A DNA stretch of 64,000 nucleotides from Candidatus Dojkabacteria bacterium (GCA_050943415.1 JBMNPD010000001.1:4317-68316); one strand, 5' to 3'; shown: positions 19,572 through 28,988, numbered from the stretch's first letter. Translations and numbers: made by a program. Notes: generated from the sequence alone by a model not told the origin.

Positions 19572-20687
19572 TCAATATTTATCATCTAACCATTTCCTTA
19601 CTGCTCTTCTTAGATCTTCTTCACAAGTCCTTTGTATCTGCGCAAATGTTTGTGTAGGAGAAGCTACTTCATATATGCCCTCTATTAAATATTTTTTCTT
19701 TAAGTTTTCATCATTAATTTCATTTCTTCCTGCAAATATAACTAGAGGAATCTTCTTTTTTGTAGTAAATTTAGCAATACCACTGATGGTTTTACCCATC
19801 ATTGATTGTTTGTCGAATTTACCTTCTCCTGTTACAACTACATCGGTATTATGTAGTATTTTGTCGAAATTACACATATCTAGTACTAAATCTATTCCAT
19901 TGACAATGTCTGCATTAAGAAAGAATGTACATGATGCTGCTATTCCACCTGCTGCACCTCCACCTACTATTTTTGAGATATCAACATTGAATTGTTTCTT
20001 TAGAATATTTGAGTAGTGTCTCAATCCCTTGTCTAGTAGAATAATTTCTTTTTCACTTGCTCCTTTCTGTTTGGCATATACATATGCTGCTCCATTTTTA
20101 CCGTACAAGGGATTCAGTACATCTCTCATTATTGTAAATTTTAGACCTTTAATATTCTTTTTCAATGCACTGTCATCTATGGTAGTAATATCTTTTAGTG
20201 TAGAACCTGTTGGAACAAAAGTCTTTTTATTTTTGTCTAGAAACTTGACTCCTAATGCTGATAGGAGACCTGTACCTGCATCGTTTGTAGCACTACCTCC
20301 TAGTGCAATTATTATGTTTTCTGCTCCTTTAGATTTTGCATGTAGAATTTGTTCTCCCATTCCTAAGCTAGTTGTTATCATTGGATTTTTGGGATTAGCA
20401 AAAGTGAGTCCTGCACATTGTGCTGCCTCTATAACCACACTTTTGTCATATCTAACATACTTAAATTCTTGTTTGATAAAGTTAGGAGAGGTAAAGAGTC
20501 CTGTTACATACTCTCCTGCGAAATTTTCAAAGAATACATCTATGGTATTTTCTCCTCCATCAGCTACTGAGAGTCTAATTACTTCAGTGTTGGGCATCTT
20601 CTTTTTGATTTCTTCTTGAATAATGGTGCCTGCTTTAAAGGAAGCTATTGTTCCTTTAAAGGAATCTGGTGCTACCACTATTTTCAT
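19572..20687 (-). CDS. glxK: Glycerate kinase
   Basis: MKIVVAPDSFKG, VADGGE, GGSATNDAG, TGEGKFD.QS..GK; ATGA overlap with the upstream gene. Confidence 0.93.
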   Translation of the reverse strand: MKIVVAPDSFKGTIASFKAGTIIQEEIKKKMPNTEVIRLSVADGGENTIDVFFENFAGEYVTGLFTSPNFIKQEFKYVRYDKSVVIEAAQCAGLTFANPKNPMITTSLGMGEQILHAKSKGAENIIIALGGSATNDAGTGLLSALGVKFLDKNKKTFVPTGSTLKDITTIDDSALKKNIKGLKFTIMRDVLNPLYGKNGAAYVYAKQKGASEKEIILLDKGLRHYSNILKKQFNVDISKIVGGGAAGGIAASCTFFLNADIVNGIDLVLDMCNFDKILHNTDVVVTGEGKFDKQSMMGKTISGIAKFTTKKKIPLVIFAGRNEINDENLKKKYLIEGIYEVASPTQTFAQIQRTCEEDLRRAVRKWLDDKY

Positions 20688-21919
20688 TTTTTTCTTTTGC
20701 ATAGTTCTCTTTCAAATACATTTTTACCTAATTGTTTGGATTTGTTAGACCAATATCTAGTAAGTTTACAGTTATCAAAGTTGTTAATTAGTTCAGCATA
20801 TTGGCTTACGAGGTTTTCTTCTTTTTTGCTGCATTCTAGGGAGAATTGTACTAGTTTGGAGTGACTGGTATTTTCTTGTTTTAGTTGTTTGTCTCCTTTT
20901 ATGAATTCTTGTTCTAATTTTCTTGCTTTCTGTGTCAATTCATCTAAGTTTATGATGTTGGAGTATATTAATCTGTTAAGCTTTTCTCTTTTTAGCCAGT
21001 ATTGAAAACTATCTTGTTCATTTTTAAAACATGGTGGTACTACAAAATTTCCTGATGGGTGGAAGTAAAGAGGTTTGAAGATGGATATACATGGTGTAGA
21101 GGATCCTGTTGTCCATATGGTGATGTCTTTGTCATTGACGATTGATATCATGCTACCAGTTGTATGGTCTCCTAGTAGTCCTGCGTGCATGCATACACTT
21201 TTTACAGATCCTTTTCTAATTGCTTTCTCTTGTGTTGTTGTATGTAGTCTTAGGGTGTTGAAATATTGTTCTAGGTCGTACTGTTGAATGTTTTTGAGGT
21301 GTTGGCTACCTAGTTTCATTCTACTTTTTGATCCAGAGAAGTATGTGAATATTGGTTCTGTGTGTTTTTTAGCAAATTCATCGAGTGAGAGTCTGTTAGA
21401 TATGTTGGCACAATCTTTTACTTGTTTAAGGGCGTATTCTTTTCCTGCTGTTTCTAGTATGTATGCTTCGTTAGTGTCTGTTATGAGGTATGAGTTGTCG
21501 TAGTAGAATTCATTGTCAAAGCCACAGTTTCCTCCTTGTCCATATTGTTGTAGTAGTTGTATTATTTCTTCAGTTGCTTGTTTGGCTGTTTGTGATCTTT
21601 CTAATGCGAGTCTAAGGAAGTCCATACCTATGAGGGTTGGTGTTTTCTTTGTTTTTGATTTTGTAAATACTGCTTCATTTCCAATACTTACTCCGTATTG
21701 GTTTGTACCCATTTCTGCTCCCCATATCCATGATGGTTTGACTAGAAGTACTGCGTAGTGTTCTTTTGGATCTGGTATAGATATGTATGTGCATTGTACT
21801 TGTCCTCTTGAAGTTCCTGCTGGGTAGAAGATGGTTAGGTTTGGTTCGTTTACTGCTCGGTCACTATTTTTAAGAAAAATGGAGTATTGGTTTTGTTTTT
21901 TCCATAATGTATCACACAT
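20684..21919 (-). CDS. Peptidase C69/secernin-like Ntn hydrolase
   Basis: N-terminal MCDT, KNSDR..NEP, WIWGAEMG.N..GV.IGNEAVF, GMD.LRLALER, SVCMH. Confidence 0.88.
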   Translation of the reverse strand: MCDTLWKKQNQYSIFLKNSDRAVNEPNLTIFYPAGTSRGQVQCTYISIPDPKEHYAVLLVKPSWIWGAEMGTNQYGVSIGNEAVFTKSKTKKTPTLIGMDFLRLALERSQTAKQATEEIIQLLQQYGQGGNCGFDNEFYYDNSYLITDTNEAYILETAGKEYALKQVKDCANISNRLSLDEFAKKHTEPIFTYFSGSKSRMKLGSQHLKNIQQYDLEQYFNTLRLHTTTQEKAIRKGSVKSVCMHAGLLGDHTTGSMISIVNDKDITIWTTGSSTPCISIFKPLYFHPSGNFVVPPCFKNEQDSFQYWLKREKLNRLIYSNIINLDELTQKARKLEQEFIKGDKQLKQENTSHSKLVQFSLECSKKEENLVSQYAELINNFDNCKLTRYWSNKSKQLGKNVFERELCKRKK

Positions 21920-22018
21920 ATGTTATTTAAAGATATCACAAGGGGTAAGAGGTGTAAATGGAGTAAACTGTATGTTAAATCGTAGACGGTATGATATTTG
22001 TTGAAAAAGCTTTTATGA

Positions 22019-22110
22019 TGGTATAATCAAGAGTACTTTACAATCTGATAGATTCTAGATTACTAGATCATATATCAGAAAAATATATAGCACATGGCAA
22101 AAAAGGGAGG
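22019..22110 (+). promoter_or_regulatory. Leader copy 1: TGgTATAAT, boxA-like motif, tctgata/tatcaga hairpin, TAGCACATGGCA (22088-22099), SD
   Basis: Near-duplicate of 23081-23155; degenerate copy at 22405-22454. Confidence 0.75.
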
Positions 22111-22115
22111 AAACA

Positions 22116-22385
22116 ATGTCTGACGCATATACAGATGCAAAACAAAAAAACACTAAATGGGACAATATTGAAGAAGATCTCGAGAAATGTCAGGAATCAA
22201 TAGAGTCTGCCATTGATTCATTGCAGTGGTTGCTTGATGAGATTAAAGAAACCAAAGATTCTCCAACTAATCGGCAAGTTGAGATATTGAAGAATTTTTA
22301 TTCAGGCTCGATGAAGCAAGTTGAGAGGATTGTTGAGATTCTAATTCGGATAAAAATGGAGATTGCGGCTAGGAAAAACAACTAG
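22116..22385 (+). CDS. Small helical orphan protein, paralog 1
   Basis: GGGAGG SD; aligns by eye with 23161-23427 (W..E.DL..Q; L.NFY.G....ER...I.I...EI). Confidence 0.8.
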   Translation: MSDAYTDAKQKNTKWDNIEEDLEKCQESIESAIDSLQWLLDEIKETKDSPTNRQVEILKNFYSGSMKQVERIVEILIRIKMEIAARKNN

Positions 22386-22459
22386 TCTAAATTCGAACCG
22401 TGTTTTTGATAAGATTTTAATCTAATCAGAAAATATATAGTGGTAAAAGGAGGTCTGAA

Positions 22460-22933
22460 ATGTTCTCTAAAAAAGAAAAAATAAGAAGTGGGAAGGAATT
22501 GTTTTTAACTCTTCAAAATATTGTAAATGGTGTTAAAGGACTCGAAAAAGAATGTATCGAAATGTTTAACGGTGTATCGAATACGATGCTGCCTGTTACT
22601 CAGGAAGATGAAGCAGAAATAAAGATACTGATTGAAAAGTTAGAAAAGATGGTTAGGAACATCTTAACTACTTGCCAAACCCTAGCTGTATGTAACTCAG
22701 GAGGAGAAAACAATGAGGAAGCCAATATTGAAAGACTGAATAAAATTCTTGAGCATCTCAAGAGTTCAGAAAAATTGCTTGAGGAAATTCGTTTAGGAAG
22801 ACCTCTTAAGCAGAAGCAAGAAGTCAGTGAAAAGTTTTATGAGGCATATAAAATCATTAATAAGGTTACACTTATGCTTATAGAACTGTTTTCTCGATTC
22901 TACGGAATCGAAAGATCTTCAGATGAAGATTAG
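22460..22933 (+). CDS. Helical orphan protein, probable distant paralog 2
   Basis: AAGGAGGT SD; C-half 'LLEEI...Q.E...KFY' resembles 'LLDEI...QVE..KNFY' of paralog 1. Confidence 0.75.
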   Translation: MFSKKEKIRSGKELFLTLQNIVNGVKGLEKECIEMFNGVSNTMLPVTQEDEAEIKILIEKLEKMVRNILTTCQTLAVCNSGGENNEEANIERLNKILEHLKSSEKLLEEIRLGRPLKQKQEVSEKFYEAYKIINKVTLMLIELFSRFYGIERSSDED

Positions 22934-22954
22934 AGAAAGAAATATCTAAATTAT

Positions 22955-23019
22955 AACCCTAACCGTGGTATACAACTTGGTATCTCCAATTTTTACAATT
23001 ATGCCATGTGCTAGAGTTC
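22955..23019 (+). repeat. Trailer copy 1 containing TGCCATGTGCTA (23002-23013), the reverse complement of the leader 12-mer
   Basis: gtggtata..atctccaatttttacaattatgccatgtgctagagttc, repeated at 23453-23505. Confidence 0.85.
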
Positions 23020-23080
23020 TTTTATTTTTATCTTTTATAGTGTAATTAGTTATGTCGAATTTGTATAAAAGACCTATAAA

Positions 23081-23155
23081 TGGTATAATTAAGAGTATTT
23101 TAACAATCTGATGTTTGTATATCAGAAAAATAGCACATGGCACAGCCTAGGAGGT
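23081..23155 (+). promoter_or_regulatory. Leader copy 2 (TGgTATAAT, boxA-like motif, hairpin, TAGCACATGGCA 23131-23142, AGGAGGT)
   Basis: Direct repeat of 22019-22110. Confidence 0.75.
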
Positions 23156-23160
23156 GAATT

Positions 23161-23427
23161 ATGTCGAACTATGTTCCGAAAGGATCTATCTGGGAAAAGA
23201 AACTTGAGACAGATTTACAGGAACTGCAAAAACAACTTGTTGATGCTGAGAAGAAAGCCTCTACTGTATATATAGACGCTAGTCTTACAGTTGCCGACAA
23301 GGACACTTTAAATTTTTATGCTGGTGGAAGAGACGAATTAGAAAGGCTGAATGCTATATGTATTCAACTTACTAAAGAAATCGGTTCGTTCTTATCCAGA
23401 ACGGATGATTTGATTAAAGAAGAATAA
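23161..23427 (+). CDS. Small helical orphan protein, paralog 3
   Basis: AGGAGGT SD; similarity to 22116-22385. Confidence 0.8.
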   Translation: MSNYVPKGSIWEKKLETDLQELQKQLVDAEKKASTVYIDASLTVADKDTLNFYAGGRDELERLNAICIQLTKEIGSFLSRTDDLIKEE

Positions 23428-23436
23428 TTTTACTTA

Positions 23437-23505
23437 GAACTCTAGGTGTGGTGTGGTATAGTTACCATCTCCAAATTTTTACAATCATGCCATGTGCTAG
23501 AGTTC
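23437..23505 (+). repeat. Trailer copy 2; long hairpin gaactctag..ctagagttc containing TGCCATGTGCTA (23488-23499)
   Basis: gaactctag-gtgtggtgtggt pairs (with G-U) to atcatgccatgt-g-ctagagttc. Confidence 0.8.
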
Positions 23506-24051
23506 GTTCTTGTAAAGTTTATTATTTTCTAAAATTCTTGTTAAGAATCCCCAAGAACTAGTTTTTCTTGTTAAATCTTTATAATCATTCTTAATCATAC
23601 TTAGTAATTTGTTAGGTGGAAAAAATCTTACTTCTTCAACTTCTTCTTTTTGTAGCTTTAATTGTGAAATATCAACATCTTTTTTAATAAGGTAGCATTC
23701 ATCATAATGCTTGTTAATATAACCAGGTAGATTAGTAACAGAGGTTGAGGAAATCAAAAATTTTATATCATCATCAGATACATCTATACCTAGTTCTTCC
23801 TTACATTCTCTAATTAATGCTTCTCTACCAAACTCACCAGCATTTACATGTCCCCCTACTGTTACATCCCATTTCATAGGCCAAAGCTTTTTATTTTTAC
23901 TTCTGAGTTGTAATAGAATTTCGCCTTTGTTGTTTACAATAAAGCCGTATACTGCTCTATGCCAATATCCTTTCTCATGACATTCATCTTTAGTAGCCAG
24001 TTTCCCTGTAAATTCTCCAAATTCATTTAGTACATCTACTTTTTCTTCCAT
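23497..24051 (-). CDS. NUDIX hydrolase (IDI-like subfamily)
   Basis: 'HEKGYWHRAV', 'LLQLRS..K..WP..WD.TVGGH..AGE.....RECKEELGI'. Confidence 0.9.
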   Translation of the reverse strand: MEEKVDVLNEFGEFTGKLATKDECHEKGYWHRAVYGFIVNNKGEILLQLRSKNKKLWPMKWDVTVGGHVNAGEFGREALIRECKEELGIDVSDDDIKFLISSTSVTNLPGYINKHYDECYLIKKDVDISQLKLQKEEVEEVRFFPPNKLLSMIKNDYKDLTRKTSSWGFLTRILENNKLYKNEL

Positions 24052-24096
24052 TTGGTATCTTAAAAAATATTTATTAGTTTTATATCTAATACTGCT

Positions 24097-24444
24097 TTAC
24101 ATTCCTCCTCTGTATTTATTTTTGTATGCAATAGTTAAGTATGTAAAATATTTGTTAAAGAATTCATCATCTGAGTTATACACATTATCATACATGAAAT
24201 AATCTACCCACAACTCTCTCATTCTACATAATTCTTTAGATTGGCCGTATGTTAGTTTAGATTCTTTAGTTAGATCAAATAGTTCTAGAGATCTAACAAA
24301 AGCATCATACGCATACTTTTCGTCACCTTTTTTTCTCCAATTTAATGCTCTGTATACCTCACTACCAATATTAGCCATTTGTTCAAGAAATGGTTTCTTC
24401 TGCCATACTCCATTAGCTAAATTTTTATGTTGAAACTTTCTCAT
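24097..24444 (-). CDS. Hypothetical protein
   Basis: 115-aa ORF between two NUDIX genes; 'EQMANIGSEVYRA' helix. Confidence 0.75.
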   Translation of the reverse strand: MRKFQHKNLANGVWQKKPFLEQMANIGSEVYRALNWRKKGDEKYAYDAFVRSLELFDLTKESKLTYGQSKELCRMRELWVDYFMYDNVYNSDDEFFNKYFTYLTIAYKNKYRGGM

Positions 24445-24462
24445 TACTCTTCTATCTTGGAT

Positions 24463-24987
24463 TTAACAATTTGTAGAATCTTTTTTTCTTAAATATTCTT
24501 TAAATAATAACAATGCAGCTAAATTAACAGTATCTTCTGGTTTAAGATTCTCTAAATATTCCTCGTATGGTTTAAGTACAACCTCTATATCTTCAGTTTG
24601 AGATCCTTCTTTAAATGTACACCCTTCTATCAATACAGCATATTTTGGATTTGATATATAAGCACCATCAAAAATTTTACCAAGCAATGTAGCTTTTGTT
24701 CCTACATAACCTGTCTCTTCTGTTAATTCCCTTATAGCACAATCTACAGGGTTTTCTCCATCATCTAAACATCCACCAGGAATATCTAAAAATTCTTTCA
24801 TAGGACCAGGTCTAAATTCTCTTACTAGAATAATATTGTTGTCTTCTGTTAGAGCAATTATTGAGGCTGAACCGTATATACTTCCACTAACTTCAAATTC
24901 AGATGTTTTACCTTGTTCATCTACAAAGGTTCTTAAAAGTAATCTTCTGTAGTTTTGGTATATAGTTTTTTCTTTAACTAGTTTCAT
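24463..24987 (-). CDS. NUDIX hydrolase (ADP-ribose pyrophosphatase-like)
   Basis: 'PGGCLDDGE.P..CAIRELTEETGY' Nudix box. Confidence 0.88.
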   Translation of the reverse strand: MKLVKEKTIYQNYRRLLLRTFVDEQGKTSEFEVSGSIYGSASIIALTEDNNIILVREFRPGPMKEFLDIPGGCLDDGENPVDCAIRELTEETGYVGTKATLLGKIFDGAYISNPKYAVLIEGCTFKEGSQTEDIEVVLKPYEEYLENLKPEDTVNLAALLLFKEYLRKKDSTNC

Positions 24988-25056
24988 TCCTATTCAAATA
25001 TATCCTATCAATTTCTCTTTGTTAGGTAAACTATGTTTGAATGATATAATTAAGGT

Positions 25057-25530
25057 ATGAAAATATATATTACAGGAAGTGCTGGAAGTGGTAAGAGTAC
25101 ATATGCTAAAAAACTTTCCGAAAAATTAAAGATACCTGTATATAGGACAGATGATTTCTACGAAGAGAAAGAAAAAAGGATGTTTACAGGCAAAGAGATT
25201 AGTGAGGTTGTAGATATAGATTCTGATTGGATAATAGAAGGAGCTTACTATATTCCTAAATATGTAAGAGCTGCAGACAAGGTTATATATATTCGAATAG
25301 ATATATTAAAAACAGTATTTAGAATATTTAAAAGGTGGTTTAGTGATGTAGAAATTAGAAGAAAATTTTCTCTATTAGATACAATTAAATTGTGTTTTAC
25401 TACAGTAAGAGATAGATATACTTCTGAAGGAATAGATGTAAAGACAAATATACCAAGGCATTACAAAGAAAAAGATAGGTATAATCTTTGTAAAAAGAAT
25501 GCTAAGGAATTTGTAGAACTATATTTTTAG
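25057..25530 (+). CDS. P-loop kinase, adenylate-kinase/FlaR-like
   Basis: GSAGSGKST, WIIEGAY; TATAAT 6 nt before ATG. Confidence 0.8.
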   Translation: MKIYITGSAGSGKSTYAKKLSEKLKIPVYRTDDFYEEKEKRMFTGKEISEVVDIDSDWIIEGAYYIPKYVRAADKVIYIRIDILKTVFRIFKRWFSDVEIRRKFSLLDTIKLCFTTVRDRYTSEGIDVKTNIPRHYKEKDRYNLCKKNAKEFVELYF

Positions 25531-25748
25531 GTGTTTTAGGTTGGTTAATAATCTGTATCCCAATTAGATAATATCTTATCTGCAAGTACAATTAGAAAAT
25601 CTTTGTCAACAAATTTCTCTTTTGTTCGATCATAATGATGTGCGAATACCTCATCTTTGAAAGTTAGTATTATATCAAAAAAACTCTGAATTACACACTG
25701 TAGAAATAAGTGTATAATGAAACAGTATAAAATATTCAAAGTAAAAAG

Positions 25749-26567
25749 ATGAAGTATGATACAACTGCTTTAGAAGGAATAAATACAGTTCTAGTTACAG
25801 GAGCAGGAAGTGGTATAGGTAAGGCTTTTGCTGTAGAGTTTGCTAAGTTAGGTTTAAATTGCGTATTAGTTGGTAGGGATAAAAAAAGGTTGGCAAGAGT
25901 TGCAAGTATTCTAGAGAAAAGATACAAAGTAAAAACTTGGATAGTACAACAAGATTTAAGTGTATATAATGGAGCACAAAAACTTTTTAGTTATTGTCAA
26001 AAACGAAATATACAGGTAGATATTGTTGTAAATAATGCTGGAAGATTGATTAATCAAGAACTCTTAACCTTAAGTAAAAAAGAAATAACTAGGTATTTGT
26101 ATTTACATGTTCATTGTACAACTTTTCTGACATATCTTTTTGGTAGAGAGATGGTAAAGAGAAGGAAAGGTTTTATCATTAATATCTCATCTATATCTGC
26201 TTGGATGACATTACCAGGTATTCAATTATATGGTGCTACAAAAAGGTATATTCGTGATTTTTCTCGTTCAATGTATTATGAATTTGCAAGAAGTAATGTA
26301 GGAGTAACAGTTATTTGTCCTAGTGGAGTAAATACAGGTTGTTTCAAATTACCTAAAAGGTTAAGGAAGGGAGCTTTAAGATTTGGTTTAATTATTAAAC
26401 CTGAACAGGTAGCAAAAGTTGGTATTGAAAAAACACTTAAATTTAAGAAACAGGTGTTTCCTAATCGCTTTGATAGACTATTTATATTCATGACTGCCAA
26501 TTTAATAGATCCTGTTGTATTCTGGCTTATGAAAAAGGATTCACTATTTAAGGGTAAAAAGAAGTAA
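25749..26567 (+). CDS. Short-chain dehydrogenase/reductase
   Basis: TGAGSGIG, VNNAG, NISS, YGATK. Confidence 0.92.
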   Translation: MKYDTTALEGINTVLVTGAGSGIGKAFAVEFAKLGLNCVLVGRDKKRLARVASILEKRYKVKTWIVQQDLSVYNGAQKLFSYCQKRNIQVDIVVNNAGRLINQELLTLSKKEITRYLYLHVHCTTFLTYLFGREMVKRRKGFIINISSISAWMTLPGIQLYGATKRYIRDFSRSMYYEFARSNVGVTVICPSGVNTGCFKLPKRLRKGALRFGLIIKPEQVAKVGIEKTLKFKKQVFPNRFDRLFIFMTANLIDPVVFWLMKKDSLFKGKKK

Positions 26568-26576
26568 GTTAACAAT

Positions 26577-26686
26577 ATGTAAGGCACAGAGAGAATAGGA
26601 CTCTCCATAGATAGGATGCAAGCCCCTTGCCTTGAGCTATAGCTTGCCTCTCTCACTCGGACAAACACGAGGGGAGAGGTGCACAT
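26577..26686. ncRNA. GC-rich multi-stem structured element, candidate ncRNA
   Basis: Closing stem atgt..gcac/gtgcacat; stems gagag/ctctc, gcaag/cttgc, cctctc-tc-ctcg/cgag-gg-gagagg. Confidence 0.4.
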
Positions 26687-26748
26687 TTATCAATACTTAA
26701 CCCAAATAGATTTAAAAGACTTAAAGTAGGAAATTTATATTATAGAGT

Positions 26749-26788
26749 ACAAGAGAGAGAATAAGTGTTTATTAATCTCTCTCTTGTG
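26749..26788 (-). terminator. Hairpin after 26800-28293
   Basis: acaagagagaga / tctctctcttgt 12-bp stem. Confidence 0.6.
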
Positions 26789-26799
26789 TCTTTGTCTAA

Positions 26800-28293
26800 C
26801 TACTGCAACTTCTCGAATTTGTTATCTGGTAACTGTCTGTAATATCCTTGTCCTTCTGGTCCATATGAACTCCAAGAGTTAACAGGAGTACTGTATATTT
26901 GACCTGTACTTGGTGAAGTTACAGTCTCGTACCCGTTCATTCCTTCTATCCATTTTTCACCAGTTTCTTGAGCTATAGATCTACCATAGGTTCTACTTTT
27001 AGAAGTCATTGAAGATTCTAAGCTCTCTATTGGTCCTTTAAATGGTAGTAATGTGTTCATCTTTGGAGTTTTACTGTCAATAAAGGCAAGACTGTCTCGC
27101 ATAGTGCGGAAAGAATCTACAGTACTTTCCCAATTCTCTGATGTTGTTATATATCCAACCAAGAAAGCAGATGCGTATTTAGTACCAACATCAAAATATG
27201 GGGGCTGATATACTCCTACAGTTGCTTCTCCTTGAATAGGTATGCCTTCCATACTGGCAGTAAAAGTAAACTCCTGCATACTATTTCCTAATATATCAGA
27301 AGGCAATACTGCTCCATCTGTTATTATTAGATTTTTTAATCCTTTCATTTCTGAAAGCATATTCTCTAACCAAGATTTAGGTGTATATTCTGTTTTCAAT
27401 TCAGTAGTGTATGCATAAGTAAACATTCCTCTGTTATCAGTCTTGACTAAATCAATACCATTTTCTTTCTCTTTATCAACTTTAAAATCAGATGATTTAT
27501 CTAACTTAAAGTACTTTCCTTCATATGTCTTAAAACCTTCAGGAAGTTGTTCTTTTTTTGGTTCTTGCTCTTTGCTTTCTACTTTATTTAGTTCATCTAC
27601 TATTTCTTTCTGTTTTGCTAACAAAATATCATCTGTAAGTACTTTTGTTCTTGCGAAACATCCACATATATCCTTTAAGATAGTTTCTCTCTCTTCAAAG
27701 ATCTCAGTTGGAGCCCAATATGCTTTGAATGTAACAAAATCTCCTGATTTAGAAGCAATCATTTTTCCCTTTATATTGTATTCACCAATCTTAGCGACTA
27801 TATCAGCATTAGTTTGATTCTCTAGCAGTTGAATATTCTGCATTTCAAACGTGCTATTTTCTTCTTCTTCAATTGTTTGTGTAAAGATTCTAGAAAATGC
27901 ATTTAAGAAATCTTCTTCTGTTAATTCTTGCTTTAGTTTTGCTGTGTACAAGAATACTGCTGTAGTATTTGTCTCATCTTCCATTATGGATACAGCTCCA
28001 TTATTAACTTCGTACAACCAACCATTTGGAACTCCAATACTAAAGGCATTCTCAGGATACTCTATTTTTGTTAAAGAACAGGTAGGATCATCATTTTCTA
28101 CAGTAGCAGCGTAGTATTCATCTCTTTTTAAATTTATTTCCTCTAGTTTACTACTAATGTTTTCAACAATATTTTTAAAAGAATCGGTTGGAATGAAAAC
28201 AAGTAAAAGTGCAATAGTGAGGATTAATATGGTTGAAATAATTAAAGATTTCTTGTGTTGTTCAAAGAAATCTTTGAGGGCAATTTTTTCCAT
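26800..28293 (-). CDS. Membrane-anchored extracellular hypothetical protein
   Basis: 497-aa ORF with a single N-terminal TM. Confidence 0.75.
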   Translation of the reverse strand: MEKIALKDFFEQHKKSLIISTILILTIALLLVFIPTDSFKNIVENISSKLEEINLKRDEYYAATVENDDPTCSLTKIEYPENAFSIGVPNGWLYEVNNGAVSIMEDETNTTAVFLYTAKLKQELTEEDFLNAFSRIFTQTIEEEENSTFEMQNIQLLENQTNADIVAKIGEYNIKGKMIASKSGDFVTFKAYWAPTEIFEERETILKDICGCFARTKVLTDDILLAKQKEIVDELNKVESKEQEPKKEQLPEGFKTYEGKYFKLDKSSDFKVDKEKENGIDLVKTDNRGMFTYAYTTELKTEYTPKSWLENMLSEMKGLKNLIITDGAVLPSDILGNSMQEFTFTASMEGIPIQGEATVGVYQPPYFDVGTKYASAFLVGYITTSENWESTVDSFRTMRDSLAFIDSKTPKMNTLLPFKGPIESLESSMTSKSRTYGRSIAQETGEKWIEGMNGYETVTSPSTGQIYSTPVNSWSSYGPEGQGYYRQLPDNKFEKLQ

Positions 28294-28383
28294 ATTTTTA
28301 AATATATAAATTTAATGTTTTTAAAGGATAGCAGATATTCAGAGTGGTGTAAAATATAGAATAGTCTGTAGATATATTAAAGT

Positions 28384-28452
28384 AAAAAAGCCTGAGATTT
28401 ATGAAGTTATTGTTAGTGAATAGTTCACCAAACTAACCTCTACTCAGGCTTT
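28384..28452 (-). terminator. Long composite hairpin after the lipoprotein gene
   Basis: aaagcctgag/ctcaggcttt with inner gttag/ctaac and gtgaa/ttcac stems. Confidence 0.65.
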
Positions 28453-28469
28453 CTTGCATAATTATTTTA

Positions 28470-28988
28470 TTAATCTACAGGAATTACTTTAACAAGGCGA
28501 CAATAATCAAATTCCCACAAGTCACGACATTGTGAAGTGGTGGTAAATTGACTGTTATCTGGTTTCAACGAACAGACTGGCTCATAATCACGAGTGCAAA
28601 CTAGTTTAACAGTATCGCCAGGTTTTAAGGCCATTACTTTGAAATCAGTTGTCTTGATGATTTCTACCTGGCCAAGAGGTATAAGGTCTATTGATGGCTC
28701 AAGATCAACTAGAATACCTCTGACTAAGCCTTTTCCATCTTGCCAGATGCTTCCAGATACGTTACCATATCCAATATGATTGAATCCTGAATATGTTCCT
28801 GACACAGATCCATGAATCTGAGAATAACTGGCAGGATCTTCTTCAAGTTTTAATGTTAATAGATACAATGTTTCGTCGAACTTTGTATCTATTTTAATGC
28901 CTTGATCAATCTCCTGTTGAGGTGCTTTACAAGCAGTTAATAGAAAAGACATAACAATGACAATGATAAACAGCATTTTTTTAAACAT
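28470..28988 (-). CDS. Orphan lipoprotein (SD-led stand-alone unit)
   Basis: Lipobox LLTA-C; AGAAAGGA SD; structured leader. Confidence 0.75.
   Translation of the reverse strand: MFKKMLFIIVIVMSFLLTACKAPQQEIDQGIKIDTKFDETLYLLTLKLEEDPASYSQIHGSVSGTYSGFNHIGYGNVSGSIWQDGKGLVRGILVDLEPSIDLIPLGQVEIIKTTDFKVMALKPGDTVKLVCTRDYEPVCSLKPDNSQFTTTSQCRDLWEFDYCRLVKVIPVD

Noticed and set aside
22116-23427. WXG100/Esx call for the small helical proteins
   Set aside because: No central WXG motif and no type VII secretion genes in the window.
22019-23505. CRISPR array
   Set aside because: Only two to three long imperfect repeats separated by whole genes; no cas genes.
25545-25739. 64-aa ORF
   Set aside because: No SD, a promoter-like TGaTATAAT lies inside it, and no motif is recognisable; may be a gene remnant but cannot be supported.
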